This document shows positions 1 to 8,735 of a DNA stretch of 64,000 bases, piece by piece (the first letter of the stretch is position 1; each line of letters begins with the position of its first letter). The notes under the pieces are model-generated. The model was not told where the DNA came from. It did not search any database and saw only the letters and a list, made by a program, of their open reading frames with translations. The stretch comes from Eubacteriales bacterium. GTDB taxonomy: Bacteria > Bacillota > Clostridia > Oscillospirales > CAG-382. Where the stretch lies: NCBI GenBank assembly GCA_045598975.1, contig JAZRVE010000099.1:4315-68314 (forward strand). Reading direction: 5' to 3'. Both the position numbers and the translations under genes were made by a program.

Positions 1-492
1 ATGTTTTTCGAGATCGACCGTGAAACGCGGTTGAAGTTCATCAATCTTGTCCGTTACTGCAAGGCGGACGTCATTTTCACCCACAGTCTTCACGACTATA
101 ACCCCGACCATATGCTCACCAGCAAGATCGTCAACGATATTGCCGTCATGATCCCCATTGCGCATCTGAAAACCGAATGTGAGCCGTATAACGTGGTCCC
201 CTCTATCTGGATGTTTGAAACGGATAATTCCATGGGCTTTATCCCCACCGATTACGTGGACATCACGGATTATTTCGAGACGAAGATGAAGATGCTCGGC
301 TGCATGGAGAGCCAGAAGTCCTGGATGGCGGATAACTTTGCGACGCTTGCGGGAGACGAGGAGCGCTTCTTCGATACCATCCGCATCACCGCCGAGTTCC
401 GCGGTATGCAGGCGGGCTGTAAATACGCCGAGGGCTTTGTGCGTGCCATGGATGCTTACCGCACGCGTATGACCGAACGCGTCCTGCCGTAA
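1..492 (+). CDS. PIG-L/LmbE-family deacetylase, C-terminal part (5' end outside window)
   Basis: Frame is open from base 1 and stops at 490-492. The segment HSLHDYNPDH resembles the His/Asp metal-binding segment of LmbE/PIG-L deacetylases. Confidence 0.55.
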   Translation: MFFEIDRETRLKFINLVRYCKADVIFTHSLHDYNPDHMLTSKIVNDIAVMIPIAHLKTECEPYNVVPSIWMFETDNSMGFIPTDYVDITDYFETKMKMLGCMESQKSWMADNFATLAGDEERFFDTIRITAEFRGMQAGCKYAEGFVRAMDAYRTRMTERVLP

Positions 493-537
493 AGAAAGAA
501 AACCTTCTTTATTGCTTGCAAAAAAGAGAGCAGCCCC

Positions 538-566
538 TTGACACGAAAACCGGGGCATGATAAAAT
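538..566 (+). promoter_or_regulatory. sigma-A type promoter for the BNR gene
   Basis: TTGACA (538-543), 17-nt spacer, TAAAAT (561-566) with a TG one base upstream. RBS GAGAGGAG lies before the ATG at 594. Confidence 0.6.
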
Positions 567-593
567 GTACCAGAAAGAGAGGAGTATGTAACC

Positions 594-2360
594 ATGTATG
601 AATATATATCCGCCATACAAAATAATCTGAGCGAAGAAGATACCTTCTGGCTGAAAAGAATCTATGCCCCGCAGGTGGTGGCGATCCCGCCGTCGGATGC
701 CACCCGTAATATGTGCGTGACGGAGGACGGTGAGATCCGTCTGTACGGCGCCGAGGATTTTGTCGTCTGGCAGAACGAGGGATTCCCGGTCTATCTTGCT
801 TCCCGTGACGGCGGACTGACGTGGAAAAAGAAGCGCTGTGACGAAAACGCGCTCCGATGCGCCGGCGTCAACCGCAAAACCGGTCGCTATATCGGCATCG
901 GCTCGGAAGAACGGGACGACGAAATGAAACGCCGCGGCATTGAGGGAACCTGGATCATCCTCAACGACACCGGCTTTGACGGAACGGACAACCGCTGGCT
1001 GCAACTGTCGGAGCTGTCTATGGAAATTCTGAAATTGCCGTATTTTTCCGAAACGATGAACCGCTGGTTCGTCTTCTGTCAGTACCGTTCGCCGGAGCAC
1101 GTGCGCATTCCGGTGGTGTTTTATTCGGACGACGACGGCGAAAGCTGGACGGAGAGCCGTCTGAAAACGCCGGCGCCCAAGCACGAGGCAAAACCGCCGC
1201 ACAAGGGTGTGCGTTGGCAGCAGTATTCCTGTGAGCCGACCGTCGTGGAGCTGTCCGACACCGAGCTGTACATGATCGTGCGCACGTCGCAGGACTACCA
1301 CTATGCCTATCACTCCTACGACCGCGGTGAAAGCTGGTCGGAGCCCGAACGCACGAATTTTCACGGCACTATCACCATGCCCGTCCTGCAAAAGCTGTCC
1401 GACGGACGCATCGTCTTTTTCTGGTGCAATAACCAGCCTCTGCCGGAGGTGGATCACGAGGCGACGTTTCCGCGACTGACGGAGGATGAGAGGACAGGTG
1501 TGTGGGAGGATGTCTTCACCAACCGCGACGCCAACCACCTTGCCATTTCCGAGGACAACGGCAAAACGTGGATCGGTATGCGCGAGCTGTATCTCAATTC
1601 TCGCCGCAACGATCCGGATTTCCGCTCGGCGGGCGGGCAGACGGGTGTTGACAGGAGCATCCATCAGGGGCAGATCCTGGAACTGCCGTACGGAAAACTG
1701 CTCATCGTGTTCGGACAGCATCCCCGCTGTCGCAGGGCGGTCATCGTGGATATCAACTGGCTGTACGAAACGGACCGGAGCGAGGATTTCGTCGAGGGAC
1801 TGCAAAACGTCTCGACGCAGCTTTATATCAAGAGCGTGCTCGGCGGCAAGCGCGGGCTCGTCCTGCCGGGGCACTGTGCGTATAACCGGACACACGGAGC
1901 GCTTCCCGCGCCGGATCCCGTCGGCGATTTTTCGGAAGTCCTTCGCGTATGCCGCATAAAGGACGATCGTCTTGTCGACGATCGGCAGGGCGTCGTCTGG
2001 AATTATCCGGCGACGGTGACCGGAAAGGTCACCGTCACGCTTCGCGTGCAGGGAAGCGGTGTGGCGCTCTCGCTGACCGACCACTGGTATAACCCGTGCG
2101 ACGGGACAGTGCTTGACGAAGCGCCGTTCACCTTTGCCTATGCCGAGAAAAAGAGCGACGTGCACGTCTGGGATACCGTTACCTTCTGCTATGACACCGG
2201 AAAGCGCACGGCGCAGGTGCTTGTGAACGGCGAGCCTGTGCAGACGCTCGCCATGCGCGGAGAGGCACCCAACGGACTTTCCTATCTGCACATCCGGACG
2301 CTTGCCGAGGACAACGATCCCGAGGGAACGCTTCTCAAAAAATTAGAAAAAATAAGGTAA
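594..2360 (+). CDS. BNR/Asp-box repeat glycoside hydrolase, sialidase-like (GH33-like), no signal peptide
   Basis: Four Asp-boxes (SRDGGLTW, SDDDGESW, SYDRGESW, SEDNGKTW) and an RIP motif (HVRIPVV). RBS sits 9 nt upstream of the ATG. Confidence 0.6.
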   Translation: MYEYISAIQNNLSEEDTFWLKRIYAPQVVAIPPSDATRNMCVTEDGEIRLYGAEDFVVWQNEGFPVYLASRDGGLTWKKKRCDENALRCAGVNRKTGRYIGIGSEERDDEMKRRGIEGTWIILNDTGFDGTDNRWLQLSELSMEILKLPYFSETMNRWFVFCQYRSPEHVRIPVVFYSDDDGESWTESRLKTPAPKHEAKPPHKGVRWQQYSCEPTVVELSDTELYMIVRTSQDYHYAYHSYDRGESWSEPERTNFHGTITMPVLQKLSDGRIVFFWCNNQPLPEVDHEATFPRLTEDERTGVWEDVFTNRDANHLAISEDNGKTWIGMRELYLNSRRNDPDFRSAGGQTGVDRSIHQGQILELPYGKLLIVFGQHPRCRRAVIVDINWLYETDRSEDFVEGLQNVSTQLYIKSVLGGKRGLVLPGHCAYNRTHGALPAPDPVGDFSEVLRVCRIKDDRLVDDRQGVVWNYPATVTGKVTVTLRVQGSGVALSLTDHWYNPCDGTVLDEAPFTFAYAEKKSDVHVWDTVTFCYDTGKRTAQVLVNGEPVQTLAMRGEAPNGLSYLHIRTLAEDNDPEGTLLKKLEKIR

Positions 2361-2377
2361 AACGGAAAACAATCAAA

Positions 2378-2404
2378 GCCCCTCCCATTTATCACGGGAG
2401 GGGC
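2378..2404. terminator. GC-rich hairpin between convergent genes
   Basis: GCCCCTCCC (2378-2386) pairs with GGGAGGGGC (2396-2404). The flanking U-runs are weak. Confidence 0.45.
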
Positions 2405-2427
2405 AACTTATATCATGAGGGAAAAGC

Positions 2428-3873
2428 TTATTTGCCGAATACGATACGGATCACCGAGTGCGGTTTGACGATAAACCGGTTGCCGTCCTGTTCCACCTTG
2501 TGGTCGGAGATGACGTTCGGCTCTTCAAAGGAGTTGCGAGCCCGGACGTTTTCGTGTGCGACTTCGTCGGCGAGCAGGACTTTGTAGCCGGACAGCTCCT
2601 GCGGGATATTCAAGCAGGCTTTTTCGTACAGATGACGGTTGACGCAGGTGATGACGACCTTGCTCATGTCGGCATTTGCCGAGGCGACGGTGTCTGTCCT
2701 GCCGCCGCTCACGGGTACGTCAAGCTCCAAAAGCCCGTTGCCGCGGTGCTCCTTGAAGAGTTTCATGACGAAGAAGGTCGGCGTTTTGTAGAACTGCTTG
2801 CCGTTAGTCTCAAAGAGGCTCTGGCATAGGTTGCAGAGCTGGGTTTCGAGCGCGGCCTCGACGATGTCGCAGTTGCGGTAGAAGATGTGCATGGCAAGTC
2901 CCGCAAAGATGGCGTCACGCAGCGTCTGCGGCTGATTCAGATCGTTTTCCATCGTGCCTTCCGGATGCCATGCGCCCCATTCGTCGAAGGAAAGCGTCGT
3001 CGGAAGCGCAAGACAGGTGTGCTCTGCGATGTACTGCCGGTGCAGGTCGATGTCGTCCTGGAAGTGATTGACGGCGTCCAGAAGACATTCGTAGCCTTCG
3101 TCCGTGTATGCTAACGCACCTCCGCAGCGCTTGTCGTAAAAACCGCCGACGTAATGGTGGATGGACAGAAGGTCCGGTCCTTTGGTTTTTCCGTTCGCCG
3201 TGATCATGTCCAGATTTTTCGGCACCCAGTCGTTTTCTCCGTGACGGATGCTGAATCCGAGCCCGATCAGGCGCATTCTTTGGAGATATTTATCCCCTAA
3301 AACGGTTCTGAACTGACGGAACGAAATTGCGTAGGGGATGGGGCTGTACGCCATATCCCATGTATTTTCATCCGTGTTTCCGATGCCCCAGTATCTGACG
3401 TTGTACGGCTCGGGATGACCGTTTGCGGCACGCATGGCGCCGTACTTGGTCGTGGGCTCACCGTTGCAGTATTCCACCCATTCCTGAAATTCTTCCGCCG
3501 TGCCGCTCGTCACGTTTGCGATCAGCATCGGCTCCATGCCGGTAAGATGGCAGAATTCCATGAATTCGTCCGTTCCGAAGGACTGATCCCAGATGCGTTC
3601 TTCGGATTCCACCCAGTAAAAGCCGCGCGGCTTTCTGTCGGTGCCGATCCCGTCCTTCCAGTGGTACTTTTCGGCGCAGCAGCCGCCCGGCCAGCGGCAG
3701 ATGGTAAGACCTGCCTCTTTGCAGCCCTCGATGACGTCGAGACGGATGCCGTGCACGTTGGGAATATCCGAATCCTTTCCGACCCAGACGCCGTCGTAGG
3801 TAGTCCTTCCGAAAAATTCGAAGAAGGTTCCGTTGATGTACGGAGAGATGATAAAGCCCGGTTTGAATTGCAT
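2428..3873 (-). CDS. alpha-L-arabinofuranosidase, GH51
   Basis: N-terminus FFEFFGR...RWPGGCCAEKYHWKDGIG and FDEWGAWH (nucleophile region) are typical of GH51. Start moved to the ATG at 3873 (MQFKPG), which follows GGGGA; the upstream extension of the ORF has no support. Confidence 0.8.
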   Translation of the reverse strand: MQFKPGFIISPYINGTFFEFFGRTTYDGVWVGKDSDIPNVHGIRLDVIEGCKEAGLTICRWPGGCCAEKYHWKDGIGTDRKPRGFYWVESEERIWDQSFGTDEFMEFCHLTGMEPMLIANVTSGTAEEFQEWVEYCNGEPTTKYGAMRAANGHPEPYNVRYWGIGNTDENTWDMAYSPIPYAISFRQFRTVLGDKYLQRMRLIGLGFSIRHGENDWVPKNLDMITANGKTKGPDLLSIHHYVGGFYDKRCGGALAYTDEGYECLLDAVNHFQDDIDLHRQYIAEHTCLALPTTLSFDEWGAWHPEGTMENDLNQPQTLRDAIFAGLAMHIFYRNCDIVEAALETQLCNLCQSLFETNGKQFYKTPTFFVMKLFKEHRGNGLLELDVPVSGGRTDTVASANADMSKVVITCVNRHLYEKACLNIPQELSGYKVLLADEVAHENVRARNSFEEPNVISDHKVEQDGNRFIVKPHSVIRIVFGK

Positions 3874-4038
3874 GATCTTTTCCCCTTTCTTTCTGCCGGC
3901 ACGTCCCCCTTTTGTCGGTGCCGGCTTGCAGACGAGCAAGTTTATTCCGGGATCGCGGGCGATCCCAACCACATTATAACGAACGAAAAGGGGAAAGTCA
4001 AGGTTTTTTTGCTTTTTTAAAAAAAAGAAAATCACGCC

Positions 4039-4067
4039 TTGACAGGGAAAGCGGATGCATATATAAT
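4039..4067 (+). promoter_or_regulatory. consensus sigma-A promoter upstream of barnase-barstar
   Basis: TTGACA (4039-4044), exactly 17 nt, TATAAT (4062-4067). It lies roughly 145 nt before the barnase ATG. Confidence 0.7.
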
Positions 4068-4214
4068 GAGGATAGTAATCATGGGTAAGAGGGCGTCACC
4101 GTGTATGACGATTCTCTGAAACTTGCGGCAGTTACCGAGCCGGACGAACGGATGGAAAAAAGGTGGCGGCGCCGGTGCCGAAAGAGAGCGGGCGTTTGCC
4201 GGGAGGTATACGAT

Positions 4215-4940
4215 ATGAAAAACGTTAAAGTATTCCTGCTTGCCGCGGCGGCACTGTCGGTGCTGCTGTTTGGCGGCTGTACGGGAGAGCCGGCAGAGCC
4301 GCTGCCGGATATCTCATGGATTCTTGATGATGTTTCCGCTTTGTATGAGGAATACGAAGGGGATCTGACCGAGGACGAGACGGACGGGGAACTGATCTTA
4401 CTGCCGTCGGAGGAAGAAGACGACGAAAAGCCGCAGGAGCAGACGCAGTCGGGATCGCTTCCCGATGAGCCGCAGGCGGGCAAAGAAGAACTGCCGGAGG
4501 AGGACGTTGTCCTGCCGCCTGTTCCGTCGGAGGAAGCGGGCGATGAGCCGGAGGAACATGCGCTCTCACCACCGGAAAGCACGCTCGATAAGCACGGCAG
4601 TTATACGGCGGCGGAGGACGTGGCGCTGTATCTGCACACCTACGGCAAACTGCCGGAGAATTTCATCACCAAAGCCGAAGCTCAGAAAAAGGGGTGGGAA
4701 GGCGGCGCGCTGGAGCCCTATGCGCACGGTAAGTGTATCGGCGGTACCTATTTCGGCAATTATGAGGGACTGCTTCCGGAAGAAGAGGGAAGAGTGTATC
4801 ATGAGTGCGACATCGACACGCTGGGCAACAAAAAATCGCGTGGTGAAAAGCGGATCGTCTATTCAAACGACGGACTGATCTACTACACCGACGATCATTA
4901 TGAGACTTTCACTTTGCTGTACGGGAAGGAAGAGCCATGA
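4215..4940 (+). CDS. barnase-family extracellular ribonuclease, predicted lipoprotein with acidic linker
   Basis: C-terminal domain aligns by eye with B. amyloliquefaciens barnase (VALYLHTYGKLPENFITKAEAQKKGW, GGTYFGNYEGLLP, RIVYSNDGLIYYTDDHYETFTLL). N-terminus MKNVKVFLLAAAALSVLLFGGC has a lipobox. GGGAGG lies 8 nt before the ATG at 4215. Confidence 0.85.
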   Translation: MKNVKVFLLAAAALSVLLFGGCTGEPAEPLPDISWILDDVSALYEEYEGDLTEDETDGELILLPSEEEDDEKPQEQTQSGSLPDEPQAGKEELPEEDVVLPPVPSEEAGDEPEEHALSPPESTLDKHGSYTAAEDVALYLHTYGKLPENFITKAEAQKKGWEGGALEPYAHGKCIGGTYFGNYEGLLPEEEGRVYHECDIDTLGNKKSRGEKRIVYSNDGLIYYTDDHYETFTLLYGKEEP

Positions 4941-5188
4941 AGACGGTAGAACTCGACGTGCGGCAGTACCCCACCAAAGCGTCGCTGTTTGCGGCAATGC
5001 GGGAGCTGTTCGCCTGTGAAAAGGATAATTTTGACGCCCTGCATGACGTGTTGACGGCGATCGGAAAGCAGACGCGCATCACCGTGTCGGGGACATCTTC
5101 CGCAAAGAGCGGATATATAGACGTTTTTTTGCGGGTGTTAGCGGACAGTGCCGACGAAAACGAAAAACTGACCGTCTTGCTTCGGTGA
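4937..5188 (+). CDS. barstar-family ribonuclease inhibitor
   Basis: 83 aa with an ATGA start/stop overlap with the barnase gene. The NFDALHDVLT segment matches the barstar NLDALWDCLT helix. Confidence 0.7.
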   Translation: MKTVELDVRQYPTKASLFAAMRELFACEKDNFDALHDVLTAIGKQTRITVSGTSSAKSGYIDVFLRVLADSADENEKLTVLLR

Positions 5189-5266
5189 AACAATACGGAA
5201 ACACGTAAAGTGCTTGTGATATAGCAAAAAAGAGAACGAAAATCTGCTGTCAAAGGAGCCATTACC

Positions 5267-6940
5267 ATGGAACAACTGAAACTTCACTGGATACACGCAC
5301 TGGAAAAAGTATTCCCGGATGAAGCGCCGGACGAAACGCCGTATCGGAGCGCCACCGCTCTGCGCGGGGAACTGTTTCACGTACAGCTTGCGTATTTTTT
5401 GCCGGAGGCCGGCTTCATCGACCGCTTCCGCGTGGAGATCGACTCCCCGTTACGGGAAGCAATAAACGCCTTTGAGGTGCGCTGTGTGCCGGTCATGCTG
5501 GCGTCGTACCCGTTCGGCGACGACGATTTTTTGCGCAAAACGCCGGGACTGTATCCCGACCTGCTCGTGCCGTGCGACGGGACGGCTCCCGCTGTGGGCG
5601 GACAGTGGCGCAGTCTGTTTTTTGAGTGTGCCGTTCCCGACGAATGCCCGGCGGGCGAATACCCCGTCACGGTGACGATGACGCACGTCGATAACCCGGA
5701 CGTTACCGCTTCCGCGACCTTTGTGCTGACCGTTATCCCCGCACACCTTCCCAAGCAGACGCTGATCCATACCGGGTGGTTCCACGGCGACAGCATCGCA
5801 CGGTATTATGACATTGAGGTGTTCAGCGAAAAATACTGGGAATATACGGAAAACTACATGAAGCAGGCGGCGCGTTACGGTATCAACATGATCTTAACGC
5901 CCCTCTTCACGCCTCCGCTCGATACCGAGATCGGAAAAGAGCGGCTGACCGTTCAGCTCGTTGACGTGGAAAAGACGGGCGGCGTCTACCGCTTCGGTTT
6001 TGAAAAATTAGACCGTTTTATCGACATGGCGCAAAACGCGGGCATGGAATATTTCGAGTTTTCGCATCTCTTCACCCAGTGGGGCGCCTACCATGCCGCC
6101 AAGGTCATGGCGACGGTCGACGGCAGCTATCAGCGCGTGTTCGGTTGGGAGACCGACGCGTCTTCTCCGGAATACCGGGACTTTTTGGGTGCCTTCCTGC
6201 CGGAACTTAAACACTTTATGCAGGATAAAGGGCTGTGGGAGCGCTGTTTCTTCCATGTTTCCGACGAGCCGTCCGAGGAGCAGATGGCGTCCTACCGTGC
6301 GGCACGGGACACGGTGGCGGAGATTCTGCCCGATGCCGAACTGCTCGACGCGGTTTCTCATTATGAATACTACGAAAGCGGACTTGTCCGCGTGCCGGTC
6401 GCGTCGATCAGCGTCGCCGACGATTTTATCCGCAAGGGCGTTGAGCGCCGCTGGACGTATTATTGCTGCGGTGACATTAAGGACGTCAGTAACCGGATGC
6501 TTGCCATGCCGTCGGCGCGCAACCGTATCCTCGGTATGCAGTTGTTCCGTTTTCGCATGGAGGGCTTTTTGCAATGGGGCTACAATTTCTGGTTCAGCCG
6601 GTTTTCGCGCAGACTCATCAATCCCTTTGCCTGCACCGATGCCGAGGAAGCCTTCCCGGCCGGCGACGCTTTCCTCGTCTATCCCGGGCACGGCGGCAGA
6701 CCGCTTGCCTCTCTGCATCAGTTGGTGTTTGCCGACGGTTTGCAGGATATGCGCGCTTTGCAGCTGCTCGGCTCGCTTACGTCCTTTGAGGAGGCGACCG
6801 CACTGTTGGACGGGTTTATGGGCGATGATTTCGATTTCCGCCACTACCCGCATGACGCCGGAACTCTGCTTGCCGCAAGGGAAGCCGTCAACCGTAAGAT
6901 CGCGTCTCTTGTCGGCGCGGACGGTGCGTCGGGACGATAA
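5267..6940 (+). CDS. DUF4091 / GH123-like glycosidase (putative)
   Basis: 557 aa, no signal peptide, RBS AAAGGAG. The FFHVSDEP Asp-Glu pair and overall size resemble DUF4091/GH123 proteins. Family recalled from memory, not searched. Confidence 0.5.
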   Translation: MEQLKLHWIHALEKVFPDEAPDETPYRSATALRGELFHVQLAYFLPEAGFIDRFRVEIDSPLREAINAFEVRCVPVMLASYPFGDDDFLRKTPGLYPDLLVPCDGTAPAVGGQWRSLFFECAVPDECPAGEYPVTVTMTHVDNPDVTASATFVLTVIPAHLPKQTLIHTGWFHGDSIARYYDIEVFSEKYWEYTENYMKQAARYGINMILTPLFTPPLDTEIGKERLTVQLVDVEKTGGVYRFGFEKLDRFIDMAQNAGMEYFEFSHLFTQWGAYHAAKVMATVDGSYQRVFGWETDASSPEYRDFLGAFLPELKHFMQDKGLWERCFFHVSDEPSEEQMASYRAARDTVAEILPDAELLDAVSHYEYYESGLVRVPVASISVADDFIRKGVERRWTYYCCGDIKDVSNRMLAMPSARNRILGMQLFRFRMEGFLQWGYNFWFSRFSRRLINPFACTDAEEAFPAGDAFLVYPGHGGRPLASLHQLVFADGLQDMRALQLLGSLTSFEEATALLDGFMGDDFDFRHYPHDAGTLLAAREAVNRKIASLVGADGASGR

Positions 6941-6966
6941 AGACAAAAACGTTGGGAGATTCTGAT

Positions 6967-7251
6967 ATGATAAACAGGAAATGTCCCCGCTGCGGCGGCA
7001 CACACGTGCAGTTGTCGGATGAAAGAAGCAAACACGGCTGCCTTTGGGCACTGCTCTTCGGCATCTATTACTGGGCGTGGCTCTTGTTCAAGTGGTGTAT
7101 CGGGCTTGTGGTGTTTCTCATGTACGACTGGTGGATGGCGCTGATCAAGGCGTGCCTCGGAAAAGGGCATGTCTGGCTGAGCCGCCGGTGCTTTGCCGGC
7201 ACCAAACGCACCTTCTACTGCCACGACTGCGGCTATAATTTCAAGGCGTGA
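6967..7251 (+). CDS. small membrane protein with split zinc-ribbon (CxxC ... CxxC)
   Basis: CPRCGG at the N-terminus and CHDCG at the C-terminus flank two hydrophobic helices. Start chosen at MINRK. Confidence 0.5.
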   Translation: MINRKCPRCGGTHVQLSDERSKHGCLWALLFGIYYWAWLLFKWCIGLVVFLMYDWWMALIKACLGKGHVWLSRRCFAGTKRTFYCHDCGYNFKA

Positions 7252-7307
7252 GCGCCGGACGGACATATCAGACACGGATGAATGACAAAAGAGGAAAAGG
7301 AACGAAA

Positions 7308-8126
7308 ATGGTCGATACGCACACCCATTCCACACATTCCCCGGACGGCAGACAGACGCTCGGCGAACTGTGCGAAGCGGCGCTTGCCGCGGGACTTGAC
7401 GGCGTTACGGTGACGGATCACGTCGATCTGTGGTTTTATGAGGAAACGCAGGCGAAAGAGCGCCTCCTCGCCTGTGCGGCGGAAGCCGAGCGGTTGAAGC
7501 AGGTCTATGACGGCAGACTGCGTCTGTACGTGGGAGTGGAAATGGCGGAGGCGCTGTCGGCACCCGAAAAGGCGCGGGAAGCCGCCCGGCTCGTGCCGTT
7601 TGACTGCATTCTCGGCTCGGTGCACAGCGTGCGGTACGATACCGTCACGGAAACGTGCTCGCACGTGGATTTCAGCGAGCGGGCCATGAGCGGGGAAAGC
7701 GTCATGGGCTATCTGAATGCCTATTATGAGAAGATGACCGAAATGGCGGAGCAGACCGATATCGACGCGCTGGCGCATCTGACGTACCCGTTCCGGTATA
7801 TCAACGGCAGGTACGGCAGAAGCATCGATCTTTCACGGCTTGACGAGGCTTGGGAAAGGGTGCTGTCGGTCATCATAAAGCGGCGTATCGCGCTGGAAGT
7901 CAACACCTCCGGCTTTGAGACGTCCTTCGACGAATGGATGCCGCCTGAGGCGATATTGAAACGGTATTACCGGATGGGCGGACGGCTCGTCACGCTCGGC
8001 TCGGACGCGCATTCGCCCGAACGGGTGGGGAAGGGCTTTTCAAAAGCGGCGGAAATGCTTAAAGGCATCGGTTTTACCTATTGCGTTTATTTTGAACAAA
8101 GACAGATGCGGGAGATCGCGTTATGA
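7308..8126 (+). CDS. PHP-domain histidinol-phosphatase (HisJ) family protein
   Basis: MVDTHTHSTHSPDG start motif, later DALAHL and GSDAHS metal ligands. RBS GAGGAAAAGG is upstream. Confidence 0.7.
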   Translation: MVDTHTHSTHSPDGRQTLGELCEAALAAGLDGVTVTDHVDLWFYEETQAKERLLACAAEAERLKQVYDGRLRLYVGVEMAEALSAPEKAREAARLVPFDCILGSVHSVRYDTVTETCSHVDFSERAMSGESVMGYLNAYYEKMTEMAEQTDIDALAHLTYPFRYINGRYGRSIDLSRLDEAWERVLSVIIKRRIALEVNTSGFETSFDEWMPPEAILKRYYRMGGRLVTLGSDAHSPERVGKGFSKAAEMLKGIGFTYCVYFEQRQMREIAL

Positions 8127-8230
8127 CGGATATTACGGCACTCGGGGAAATACTGATCAACTTTACGCCCATCCCCGCGTATAAGACAGTCACGGCATAT
8201 CGGATGCAAGAGGAGAGGACACATGAGTAA
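8123..8230 (+). pseudogene. 35-codon remnant resembling the N-terminus of a PfkB-family sugar kinase
   Basis: MTDITALGEILINFTPIP matches the conserved PfkB N-terminal strand (ALGE-LI-F-P), then runs into unrelated sequence and a stop. ATGA overlap with the PHP gene stop; the 3' end overlaps the next gene's start. Confidence 0.35.
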
Positions 8231-8669
8231 GATATATTTGGCAGGACCGTTGTTCTGCGCATCGGAACGGGCGTGGAACGAAACCGTGACGGAGCTTTTG
8301 GAGCGCCGCGGATATGAGGTGTTCCTGCCTCAGCGGGACGGTATGCTGGCGGCAGCGCTTGACAACCTGACGGAAGAAGAAAAGGTCGCGGCGGTCTTTG
8401 AAAAAGACACGGCGCAGATCCGTTCGTCGGACGTGCTGGTTATGGTGACGGACGGACGGGTGCCGGACGAGGGGGCGTGCGTGGAGCTCGGCATGGCATA
8501 CGCCGAAGGTAAGAGATGCTACGGTGTAAGGACCGACGCCCGGGCGCTCGAACGCGGTCTGGGGCTCAATCCGCTTGCCGCCGGGTGCTTTTTGAAAGTC
8601 TTCGCAAACGAGGACGGCGACGCTCTGCTCGCAGAGCTGGACGAATATCTCAAAACGCACGAATTGTAA
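8223..8669 (+). CDS. nucleoside 2-deoxyribosyltransferase family protein
   Basis: MSKIYLAGPLF start motif and the acidic DEGACVELG segment are typical of PF05014-type proteins. RBS AGAGGAGAGG. Confidence 0.7.
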   Translation: MSKIYLAGPLFCASERAWNETVTELLERRGYEVFLPQRDGMLAAALDNLTEEEKVAAVFEKDTAQIRSSDVLVMVTDGRVPDEGACVELGMAYAEGKRCYGVRTDARALERGLGLNPLAAGCFLKVFANEDGDALLAELDEYLKTHEL

Positions 8670-8683
8670 AGAAAAAGAATAAG

Positions 8684-8717
8684 AAAAAAACCGACACACA
8701 GGGTGTGTCGGTTTTTT
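8684..8717. terminator. bidirectional intrinsic terminator
   Basis: An A-run, then CCGACACA/TGTGTCGG stem, then a T-run. Sits between convergent genes. Confidence 0.75.
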
Positions 8718-8735
8718 GAATCAAAAAAACAACTA

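Noticed and set aside
456-2291. 611-aa ORF on the minus strand opposite the BNR gene
   Set aside because: Shadow ORF typical of GC-rich DNA. It is Arg/Gly/Ala/His-rich with no motifs and no RBS, and lies entirely antisense to a gene with clear Asp-box motifs.
4101-4214. GTG-initiated 38-codon N-terminal extension of the barnase ORF
   Set aside because: It would bury the lipoprotein signal peptide internally. The ATG at 4215 has GGGAGG at ideal spacing.
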